Source: Trichoplax adhaerens (Eukaryota > Animalia > Placozoa). From it: 64,000 nucleotides of DNA. Positions within the stretch are counted from its first letter, which is position 1. Each line of letters begins with the position of its first letter. The notes beneath the pieces were generated by a model. The model searched no databases. It had not been told where the DNA came from and saw nothing but the letters and a program-made list of their open reading frames with translations. The stretch lies in contig NW_002060964.1 of assembly GCF_000150275.1 (NCBI RefSeq), positions 1 through 64,000 of the forward strand. Direction: 5' to 3'. The translations under genes were made by a program, and so were the position numbers. Positions 1 through 11,790 of this stretch are shown here, piece by piece.

Positions 1-196
1 ATTTCTATTTAGCATTGACACCATCAAGTCAATCTATTGAAGTTTCTTTAATCAAATAGTCTCATTTAGTTATTTACAGTATTATATTATCATATTATAT
101 ATACAGTATGCTGCAATACACATAAACGCAACATTTCGATATTGAAATAAATATAAAAAATTAAGTACAGTTCGTTTTTACTGAATAATACTAAGT

Positions 197-3100
197 TTAG
201 ACCCCATTTCCATCAAGAGGATTCGCAGAAATCAGAGATTTTTCACATAGAAAGTCGTATAATTTCCTAGTTTTATTTACATCAATTCTAATAAGAACTC
301 GAGCTTGAGCTAGTTTAAGCGAACCTTGCTTTTGGTGCTCTGCCAATAATATATCTCTGTATTCAATGTAAGCTTTGGGTAAGAGCCTAAGTTGTGAGCA
401 CAGCTAAAAACAAAGAGAAATTGCTCAGTGAGATCTGTACTTCAAACAAAAAGAAATTACTTGAACACAAAAACTTACTTCCTTTTCGTCATCATCTAAT
501 TTTTCCAGTTCTGGTGCGCCACTAATATCTAATCTTGGTGCCGGTTTACGACCTTTATAAAATATCAAGGTTACTAGCGTAAGATGACTTACCTATTTAC
601 TAATTGGCATATAATTTCGTATCAGTGCTGACTTACGCATAGGTACTATGGGTTTGTAAGGCTCATTTCTGGGTAGATGAAGCATGAATGCATTTATTAA
701 TAATATGCAAAATGTGTTAGGCAATTACCATGATTGAGCAGGAATGTTATGTAAGCTAATAAGAAATTACTAACCCCGCTGTAAATTGTCTATGAATGTA
801 GCGTTGATAGTAAGAAAAGTTCTGTAGTAATTAGATAATAAAATAAAAAATTTGAGATTTGTGATCCTTTTATACATACACTGCAGTCGATCAGCTCACC
901 TTTAGCGCACTTAATGTATCTTCGAGATGATGATGTCTCATTCTTTCGTCCTCCCGTTTGCGTTTTAATTGCTCATAAATATTGCATCCTTATATTATAC
1001 GATTTTATTATCTCATCTTAACTATCGAGTAATACAGAATTGAATTAATCTACTATAGCAATATTTAGATAGATCGTCTTTACCGCGAATAGATGTAATC
1101 CCATTAATTCTATATTCTTTAAGTTTGTTAATCCGTTGTAGAAGCTGGCTTTCAACTATTGTTACAAAGATATGACTACTGTAATTAATACGATATCCTT
1201 GAGCTATGAGGCAACTACAGTGATCACATACACACACGAGGTTATATAGGATACGGTGACATTGATGTATGTGAAGAATATTTATGTTTATTTTTACGGC
1301 TACTTACACAGAATTAATTGTATACGTTTTTCGTAATCTTCAGGGGACAGGAAACGTGCAAAGGTTACGAATTGTTCTCGCAAATTGCTAAATGCATTGA
1401 TATGGTGTACAAATACAATATTGCTGAAGTTGTAAAGTTACTGCAAGACATTGGCTAATAAAAAGTACCTACCGAATAGTTCGGTCGGCCCTTCGATCTA
1501 TTACTGATGTTATCAGTGGAATATATAAAAATTACATAAGAATGGATTTGGAGCTTGGTATTTTGGCGTATATATTTTACCTTGCTGTTTCTTGATGTTT
1601 AATAGCCCGTATTCTTTCACAAATCTAATAAATGAACAATTGCCTTATCATTATACGTATAGAAAAATATTTGTAGTATTCAATGGAATTGCATAATAGT
1701 ACCTTTTACGAAGCTGTCTTTGCTGCAATCTAAAGTTATAGATACTCAACATTGCATACTTATATTCTGAAGCGAATGATTAAGAATACATTAAGCTTTT
1801 TTACTTATACAGTGACATTTATAAATTACATATTACGCTACCTCTCGATATATCTGCATCATTTTCCTCAGGTTCAGCAACATCCTGTAATATACTTTCC
1901 GCGAAGTTATCATATTCCTACATCAATTCAAGTATATTATTATCACGTTAAAATTATTCAAATACAGACAACTAATAATTTGATCGTTATAAGCTATTTT
2001 GCCTTCGTAACATGATATATTGTAGAGGATAATTGTTACCGCTGTATTTTATCGCCAATTATAGAATTGTAACTTACAATTTCGAATTCTGCCCTCGGAG
2101 AAATATAACCGGCAAGGTCGTACGACTGTGGCGAATCAATGGTATAGCGACATAGATCTTCATTAGCTACGTAAAATTTATATATATATATTTAATTTTC
2201 ACTTATCAGGACTTGATACAGCCACAGTTTGGTTTGACATTACAGATCGATGACAATTCTTGTGTACACTATTAAGAGTTGAATTTACCTTCGTACGTGA
2301 TAAGTTTTACGGATTCGTTGATTTTAGAATCCTGCAATTCGTTCTTAAAGACTGTCAGTTAAACATAAACAAGCTCAATAGTAATTCCAAGAAAGCATGA
2401 TGTAGAGAATTTCAATAACCCTAACATTATATTATTTAGGTACGTATTGTAAGATATAGACTGAAGAAATTTTCGTCATACGACTGGATTGTACTAGATA
2501 ATAATTTAAAGGATAGATCTGTTGACTACCTGAGTCGACACGAATACTATTTACTGATTCCATCCAATAATTTACATGACAGACAGTAAAATTTCATCAC
2601 ATAATCACTGCCAAAACTTTACGATTTGGCACGAACTTTACTCTTTCATGTAATAAGTTTCAACTTGACTGATTGCATTTCATAGTCAATACATATATAC
2701 TATTTTCGCTAAATAACTTTCAATCATCACAAGTTTTGTACCTGGTAGTATCCCTTGGGGGTTATTTATATACACGGAATTGTAATGTGATTCACACTCT
2801 GAACAGCAAAGACAGAAAAGTGAATAAATACGTACAATTTTCTACTGGTCACATCTTATCAATCTCTTTCATTATTATATATATAATTAGAATAGAATTT
2901 AATATTAGTAGCCATATTGGGGACTTTAGTCAGTGAAGATAAATTTAATTGGGTGGATACAACTGACCGTCTTTATTCTTAGTTCTTATTTGTTTGGCTA
3001 TTTCAGTCCTAGCATTAGCAATTAAAATCATAGTGGAAAGTGTTTTACGATATCAAGCCTATGTATGAATTGTGGAGATCTTCTGATGAGCAAATTAATT

Positions 3101-3844
3101 ATACGAAAGAAGAATTAAATGCCGATCCATACCAGTTACCGCATCCAAATTCATTTATCAACTGCAGCAATTTAGTTTCTTCACCAGCAGTCCAATGCGT
3201 TGTAAATAGTGTGAAGTTGTTTCTCTGTCATTGGGATAGCATACACGTATTATATTATTTTCTAGAATGAATTTGTTGTATATGCTACATTTCATACTAA
3301 TACTTTCGAAATAACGTAAAAATATGATAATAATACATGCAGAATATTTAAACCGAAGTGAATTCAATTCTATCAGAACTGGATGACAGAACTACAGTAC
3401 AGCGCTATCGTAATTGTTGTACACTGAACAGTTAGTACTTTCTTTAATGTCGCCCTTACCACTATCTCGTAGGAATGATCACTGCAATGTGTACCAAATT
3501 CTACTCCACGGGCGAAACAAAACATTTAGATATTGCGAATGAATGAATAACCAGCAGCAGGCTAAAATTTGGCTGTAATTAGCCTGCTTGTCACCAATTC
3601 CAAAACAGGTTACATTTACAATAGAGATTTGTGCTCGTATTACTTTACCACAAGATAAAGCACAGAAAGTTTACAAATCAATCCTATCAAGTTTACTTCA
3701 CTATTCTACGTATTTCGACTACGCGTGTATATGTCCATTTATACCTGCAAGCAAATACAGACATTATTCACACTGGCTACACAGGATATAAGGCTCTTCC
3801 AGTAAGTTTGAACATTTGCCACACCATCTCTCGTTAAGAGGCAT
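197..3844 (-). CDS. TADA2A: Transcriptional adapter 2-alpha (ADA2a; ZZ-SANT-ADA-SWIRM), multi-exon; 5' ZZ exons carry apparent lesions
   Basis: Hand-spliced exons give MPLNERWCGKCSNLLEEPYILCSQC, CFARGVEFGTHCSDHSYEIV, SANT WTAGEETKLLQLINEFGCGNWTEIAKQIRTKNKDECESHY, DLAGYISPRAEFEIEYDNFAE, and SWIRM LCSQLRLLPKAYIEYRDILLAEHQKQGSLKLAQARVLIRIDVNKTRKLYDFL. Stop TAA at 199-197. Confidence 0.92.
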
Positions 3845-3974
3845 CTTCGAGATCAATCTAAATGTGTGCAAATCAAATTATGCAACTGCAGCTTGCCAAT
3901 GCCAATGCCTCCGTCTGGGAATCTACAGCTTGTGAGTCGATGCATTAGTTCGCCAATCGCCATGTCCGAAATAC

Positions 3975-4192
3975 TACGGTACAGTACTGTACTGTACAGT
4001 ACACTGTACTGTACACTGTACAGTACTGTACACTGTAGGGTACAGTGCAGAGTACTGTACCATGTTCTGTACTGTACACTGTACACTACACCAAGTCGGA
4101 TCATATGATCAAACTTTGATTGGCGGTCAAAATTCAAATTTTGACCGCTCACAACTAGATTCCTGAACACTACAGTACAGTGCTGTACTGTA
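3975..4192. repeat. (TACAG)n/(CTGTA)n pentamer array in TADA2A-KIF22 divergent intergenic region
   Basis: TACGGTACAGTACTGTACTGTACAGTACACTGTACTGTACACTGTACAGTACTGTA... at ~3975-4090, plus TACAGTACAGTGCTGTACTGTA at ~4171-4192. Confidence 0.9.
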
Positions 4193-4339
4193 AGTAAAGT
4201 GCGGTACGGTAGGTTGGAAGAGTGCCTTTTGGATTGGATTAAGCAGCAAAATCGAATTTTGGTCTTGATTGGTTCACTTCGACACCCAATACTGTTTCAT
4301 TAGCTACCTACTTTGCCAAAATATAAAGCAATTCATTGG
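4119..4339 (+). promoter_or_regulatory. Putative KIF22 cell-cycle promoter: clustered CCAAT boxes plus CHR/E2F-like sites
   Basis: ATTGG at 4119, 4233, 4268 and 4335, CCAAT at 4286. TTGGCGG and TTCAAA (CHR TTTGAA on minus) lie at/within a 12-bp-arm inverted repeat at 4123-4148. Confidence 0.5.
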
Positions 4340-4879
4340 TATAACTACTTTCGGATCAAGTCAATTTCATGAGTATACTGTACAGTGAATGCCTTAATCA
4401 GTTATCTGCTGATCAGTTATATTACTGTGCAATGCTCGGTATTAATTAGCTATAAAATATAGTATACAGTAATCGTAGATCGATCGATTTAGGGTTCGGG
4501 TTATTTATCGTCTTCAAGATTGCTGTACTGGTGACTCTGTGGTGAGTGAGCAAATCTTGTCGTTGTCATAGTTTTCTATAAATGCTATTTCGTACTACAT
4601 GTTGGTTCGAGTAGTGAGAGAGGAGCTATTATAAAACAGAAATCAGGCTGTACATTCTGTACATTGCTTCGGTATGCATCACAAACAATATTATAATATG
4701 TATGCGAACTTATTTATTCATGGTCACTTAGTCCATTAGCAGAAGAGAGCTAAGGATGGGCTGCGCCAGCTCTTTATCTAGTCTCTTAACTCGTTCACTT
4801 TGTACAGTATTAGCTAAATTATAGCATAACCAATTGAACTAACTTTAGCTATGATCAATTTTACAGATAAACTAGAAAC

Positions 4880-7800
4880 ATGGCATCTGTCCAAGTTGTT
4901 CTTAGAGTTAGGTCATCAATAGATGATGAATCACCACTAAGGATTTGTGACGACAATCAAACAGTTGATTTATGGAATTATAGATACGACGATACAATTC
5001 GCTTCAAGTTCGTATTACATAATAAGTAATAGAATTCAATGCGGTAATAGTTAAGATTTACAATTAATAATGATGAAATGATTAAGAACACTCCAATTCA
5101 GCTTCAGTGCATCTTGTTTACGAGTACTCGAGTTCCCGAAACTTTGGTTTTCTCATTAACACTGCAATGATTGATGACTTAATAAATTACGACTATTTTT
5201 AGGTTTGATCGATGTTACAACAGCGATTGCGATCACCAAGAGATCTTTCAAAGATCTATTCAACCCTTACTAAATCACGTTTTCGACGGTCACAATGTCA
5301 GCATTTTTACCTATGGAGCAACAGGATCTGGTATTGAAACAGTACAGTAGAAACAAATCGATTGATGTTACTGATGTTAATTGTAACCCATGCCGATTTA
5401 TCATAAAATCATACTATTTCATTGATACTTTAAAACTTTTCACGTAGGCAAAACGTATACCATGATAGGAAATGAAAGTGATCCGGGTAATATGCCTAGA
5501 AATACCTGTAACAGTAATTTTACCATGTATAAATGAACTGAAATGAAGGCTATAACGGCTAACCATCATTAATTATTTAATTATCGTCACTATAAAAATC
5601 CTACTGCTACGTGCAGCTTGTCTATAGGAAAGTATTGCGCCTATGTTGATACTGCATGTAATAACGAAACAGCTAGAGACAATTAAATCCTTTCTTTATT
5701 AGCTCTCCTATTCTTTATTAATTAAATTACCTGATATTGTTTGTAGCTATGATAGCTAATATTATTGATTAATCTATCTATATAAATCAAGTACACTTTC
5801 CTTATATTTCTTTAGGCTTAATCCCCATGGCAGTTAATGAGATTTTTTCTTATACCTCTAAACAACATAAGTTACATAAAAACTGGAAATATAATATTAG
5901 CATGTCGTACCTTGAAGTTTATCAGGAGAAGGTAACTACGTAGTTTTCTGCAGTAATGCAAGATAAATTTTAACCGATTGGATTCTACTACAATATAGTA
6001 TCATAGATTGCTTAGCATAAATATTGAATAATCACAGTCCACAGTTTCAGTTGTAGAAAAATTTTACTTGTCAAAAACCTCATACATCTCCGTTAATCAT
6101 AAATTTAAAGTCCTTGCAGCTATGTCTAACCCTAAAATTTCTAATGTAGATTTTATTGAATTTAATAATGCAAAATTGATAGATTTACGACCTCATAGCC
6201 AGTGGAAACAAAGATTTAAATTTATATCAAAACAAATCTGGTAAAATTGTTGTCGGTGACTTAGCAGAGTCAGCAATATGTAGTTTTGAAGAATTTTGCA
6301 AAGTCTTTATGAAAGGTAACAACGGCAGGTTAGTAGTATTGTACATACTAGCCTAAATTAAGATAAAATACAAAGTCAACGACAGGCTAAATTACCTTAT
6401 TAATGTAAGCTAGAAGCTCGTGGCTCGTTGGTTATAAAATACTTTCATTAACAGAGTTATGGTATTGTTCATTAAAAATTCATAATTATTTAACTGCTTA
6501 ACTTCTCTTATTATTTAGGAGAGTAGCAGCAACAAAACTCAACCGCCAGTCGAGTCGAAGTCATTCCGTATTGCTACTGAAAGTACTGTATCTAACTAGA
6601 TATTTCTAGCAGCAGTTACTTCATCGTTTAATATTCTTCTCTTTCACTACTGAATCGGAATATATTTGTGATGTGCTAGATAGTAATTACAATTGATTGT
6701 GTTTCTACAGGTTGAAAAAACGGATAATTCTACATTAGAGCGATTCAATAGTAAAGTATACTTAATTGATTTAGCTGGATCGGAAGATAATAGGAGAACT
6801 GGCAATAGTGGAGAAAGGTTGTGCTCTTAATTATACTTGTGACTTACAACATCTCTGTTAGTTAGGATATTACATATCGATACACCACATCGAATAATTA
6901 TAATTGCATAATTCATGTTGCTTTATCTCATTACCATGTTGTTATGTAAAATAGATTAAAAGAAAGCGGGACTATCAATTCATCGTTGTTTGTATTGGGA
7001 AAAGTTGTTGAAGCTTTAAATCAGCAACTGGTGAGATTATCAATGTAATCATTTTTATTCCAGAACTTCTTCGTATGACACAACACCTTTCAATCAATTT
7101 CATCGCTATTTTAAAAACTTTTATATTGTTTTAATCTGTACAAAATGTTTACATTGACCATGTGTGTTGTATTTATATTCATAATTATGAATTGTAGGCT
7201 AGGATTCCGTATAGGGAGAGTAAGTTAACTCGACTTCTACAGGTGAGCGATCTTGTAAATATATGCCTAGTAGGTAAGCGAGTGTTATGCGAGTGAATAC
7301 TAATACGCGTATAATTATAATTGTGGATATCTGGATAGGATTCCATTGGCGGTAGTGCGCATTCTTGCATCATAACTACTGTCTCTGCCAGCAAATCAGA
7401 TTACTACAGCACCTATCATACACTCCAATTTGCATCGAAATCCAGAAATATTATAAATAAACCTTTTGCTCAGATTGAAAACATCAAGCCACGTCATGAT
7501 TTGTCAGAAACAAGAAAGCGTCGAATTTCCACGGCAGAGGATGATAAAAATAATAAAGTATGTGATCAAATTGCTTTTATATTAATTATATCTTGTGTAA
7601 TGCTTTGATCACCTACTGTATTATGTTTCTTGTAATAAAATTATTTTAAAAACCCAGAAAAAGAAATCTTCCGAAATTGTTCATATTGAACACGAAATTG
7701 TAAGTATTATATTTTACAGCAGCGTTTGTATTTAATCATATCTTGGTCTTGGTGCTGATAATCAATCAACTGCAGCAAAAAATTTATGATATTTTTGAGA

Positions 7801-9234
7801 TTTTGAAAAAGCTTTATTGCTGTGTCTATTTTTAACTGTAAACTAGATTACTTAGTTTAATAACTAGTTTATGCTATTGCTGTAGGTACGCTTGCATATT
7901 TCTGATCGAATCTTTCATTTTAGGGCACGCATGATAGTTCGCCTGGTATTTCATCCAATAAATGCGGAAAGTAAGTATTATATTATGCTGTGTTTATGTC
8001 ATACTTCCGAATTTCCAGGACTTGCCGACCGATCGAATATCTTCTTTATTATTCCTCCAGTGATACTGAAATTAAGTATCAATTGGCAGAATTTGAAAAA
8101 AAAATGTTATCAAGGCAGGAGCAACAGACTAAAGCCTTACTCCAGTGTTTAACGAATATGTTTCCTGAAAGCAATTCTCAGCTTGATGGCATTAGATCCA
8201 AAGTAGAAAAGGAATTGGTACGTGCATTGCCAAGGGTTGCAACAGCTACTAAGAATAGCAGAGCAGATTCGATAAACGTCTTAAACGGCAAAGAGAATTC
8301 AAAATTTAATAAACGTCCGGCTGGAGTGACGAAAAATTTGTCTTCTATAGCCCTTAAGCCTATCGAAAATAAACTTGATAACTTGAAGGTTCATCGTCTA
8401 CACAACGTGAATAAACAGGCATTGGACGTAAAGCCGATCACTTGCAGTAAAAAGTTAAGTGATGATAATACCTTATTAGATATGTTGCGGAAAGTCGACG
8501 ATAGAACAGCTAGACAAAGTAAGTCTGATTATAATTATTAATTTTGTAATATCAACACTATACTTAATTTACTAGACTTGCATGTATATGATTTTCGTAA
8601 ATCTTATTCAAACACCATTTATCAATAGAGGCGTGAAAAGCTAATATTAGCGTTAAGAGAGATTATCAATTTATTGAATTAAAAAGTTAAAACATATGTA
8701 AATAATTCAGTTTGTTGCTTTTATTTCAGTTGATGATTTACTTCGTATCTTGAACCAAGGAGACTGTAAAAGTTTAACATTACTAAATACTATTGGTAAA
8801 AAAAAAGCTAAAGCCATTATTGACTTTAGGAATATAAACGGAGAATTTTCTGATGTAAGCTCTTTAATATCTTTGTATGCAACATCGACAAATTATGATT
8901 TTTACTTGATTTCAAAATTTAATCTGTATGCTTATCTTTAAACTAATAGATTGCTGGCTTACAAAAAATACCCTGCTTTACCCCTAACACCGTGAGAAAA
9001 TTTGTTGAGGTAAACTGTAACTATTAGTATTTAGACTTTGTTTGAGTTAGTTTATTGGCCACGTTACTCGATTTAAGCCAAAAGAGTAAGAAAATTTAGA
9101 ATTTAAGTGTTCGCCACACTGGCATAACTAAGCTGCTTTAGCATCGATAATATATTTAGCTATACTTATTATAGAAGCTTTGCTTGGTTTTTACATTTTA
9201 GTGCAACATGTTTTCATCGCTTGATGTCATGTGA
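4880..9234 (+). CDS. KIF22: Kinesin-10 / Kid chromokinesin, multi-exon
   Basis: Motor motifs [22 protein letters not shown] (P-loop), [44 protein letters not shown]-terminal helix-hairpin-helix [34 protein letters not shown] 4880, TGA ends 9234. Confidence 0.93.
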
Positions 9235-9484
9235 ACCTATGCCAGAGCGATAAAGTCCAAATGATAAAGGATTTATTACTCCTCAAAATACCCCCATTTA
9301 TGGACTCCCTAAAAATACTACCTACTGTTCAATATGTAGTAAATTGGATCAAATTATGTAATATATTTATATTACTAGGCAGTTCATCAGCCTTTTAATT
9401 TAAAATTGCAGAAGAAGGAAGTCGCTGTAATACCTTAGAGTGTCATACTTTAGCATTGAGTCTTACATATATCATGAATTCTTA

Positions 9485-11790
9485 TAATTGACCTGCTTGT
9501 CGAAACCACGTAGAAGAATCACGGTTAGACCTTTATATTCTTGTATAGTATCATTCAAAACATTTCAAAATCATGTAACATAATTTCCTCTATTTTATTA
9601 TTACGGTAATACACGTATAACAATAATAGGGTTACGCTCATACAAGTTCTGTATTTTATTTGATGTTTCAATTCTATAGACTTTTGAAATTTATCTAGAT
9701 ATTTCTTGGTTTGTTTAAAATACTCGTTCATCTATAACATAAATATACGAGTATAATTATAATCAATGCGCATGCATTAAATATAAATGAATTTCATGTC
9801 ACAGTAAACTTTAAGCAATAAAATTTAATATAACGTTGAGTACCCATTACTGTATTCATCACGGTGACCTATACTCATGACTTCAAACCAATTATCAAGA
9901 TTTCCATGAGACATTTTACTAATTTCAATATTCAACCGTATCAATGATTTGTACTTTGGTAGCAGTGATGTTACGTTTTTTAGTCAAACTAATTTCTGGT
10001 AGCGCCACATTACAGAATTATAAAAATATTTTCGATCGCATTGCATTTTTAGGACAGTAGTTGTTTGAGGTACTATTAATACCGTTGCTTTGGCTATATT
10101 TGCCTCAGTTACGAGATTGTAATTACTAGCTTACGGCACGGCCCTGCAATAGCCTGCAACTATTCTTTAACATGTATAAAGCTAAATTGTAATATACAAA
10201 TATTTTGTATAGCAAATCACATAGGATAAAAAATCAGTTCACGTACCAATTAAAACTTGATTCACTAGGTAAGAATCATATTATAATTATTGTTATAAAA
10301 GCTAGATTGATGGATAAGATATTCTTAAGGTAAAATATAACTGAGACATTGACTCGCAGGGTAGTTTTCATACAGTGGCCTAGTATACTTTAACCTTGTT
10401 ACTTCCAAGAGAACAACGATCGAAACCCTGGCATACAGTAAAAGATGATTGACTTGTCCAAATAAAGACGAAAAATTAAAGCAAACCTTTACATTCTTGT
10501 ATAGTTTCATTTAAAATATTTCGAGATCATGTAACATAAATCTTTGCGTTTTATTATATAATTAATATGATTATAAATAAGATCACACTTTTTATAAGTT
10601 TTGGATTTTATCGATTTTTATACGCTATAGAGAGTATATCTTATCATAGAATTTATCTAGGCATTTTTTAATTTGTTGAAATATCTTGTTAACATAGAAT
10701 CAGTGCACTATGCATCAAATGTAAATGGACATCACGTCAGGCTAAAATTAAGCAGTAAATTTATATGATATCGAGTCCCAAATCCATAATCTTACAATAA
10801 GATAAGTCGTTATTATGACGTAAGTGCGTAAATTTTTCAAGATTTTAGTGACATTTTTTAATAAATTTTAATTTTCAATCTAATGAATATCATTACTCTG
10901 GTAGGACGTAGAAGAACTTGTGATAATAGATTCCAGTAAGACATTATAAGCTGTTAATATATATATATATTCAGTGATACTGTCTTCAGTTACAATAGTA
11001 CTGGGTGGTGCTACCTTACAGAATTGTAAAAATTTTCCATTACTCCGCATCTATAAAACGGTAGCTATTTGAAGTACTGTGCTGTAAATGCAATTACTTT
11101 AGCTATGTCTACTAGAGGTACGAGATAGTAAGTACCTGGTTTAGGCAGGCTTTTACATCAGTCTGAAACAATTTCAGCTATATAAAATTAAAATGCAATA
11201 TACTAATTTATAGTAGATGCTTTTAGTTTCTTGGTATACGTAGAATAGCATTAACATTACTTGATAATTATTAAACTTTGCTCTAATTGGAAAACTAATT
11301 ATAATCCAGCATCAATACTACAGAATGAGGAGTAAAAACATATTAATCTAATAACAAAATTAATACACAGACATTAACATTATACGCTGTAGATGTACGC
11401 CTATACAGACACTGGACTATCAAATATATTTTATTTACAGAAGCAAAATTTCTGTACTCGTTTCGCCAAAAAATTCATTCAGTTATTACTGCAATCAAGG
11501 TAGCGCCCAATGAAATATGAATCTTGATAAGTGCTTTGTTAACTGGAATCATATAAAATGCATACGTATACGCTCATATACGATACTGTACATATGTATA
11601 CAAGGCCTAAAAATTGCTTTACAACCATATTACAATCATCGCAATAAAAGCATGATAGATGCATAGATATTTTTAAGGCAAAATATAAACGTATGTTACA
11701 GAATTTGGACTTGTAAGGTAATTTCATACAGTAGCTTCGTAGACTTTAATCTTTCCATTTCCAAGAGAATAGCCATCCAAACTGTGGCAG
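9485..11790 (-). repeat. Degenerate tandem duplication of ZDHHC terminal exon plus 3' flank (copies ~9485-10430 and ~10440-11790)
   Basis: Aligned blocks: CTTTATATTCTTGTATAGTATCATTCAAAACATTTCAAAATCATGTAACATAA (~9531) vs CTTTACATTCTTGTATAGTTTCATTTAAAATATTTCGAGATCATGTAACATAA (~10487); ~10275-10415 matches ~11622-11770. Confidence 0.85.
10368..10430 (-). pseudogene. Decayed copy of ZDHHC last coding exon
   Basis: Reads SLGSNKVKVY*ATV* (premature TAG at 10382-10380) versus [14 protein letters not shown] in the intact exon at 11724-11770. Confidence 0.75.

Noticed and set aside
3853-4170. ORFs 3853-4170(-), 3866-4108(+), and similarly 53069-53275 and 60300-60509, rich in YSTVL/VQYS
   Set aside because: They are translations of the stop-poor TACAG/CTGTA arrays, not proteins.
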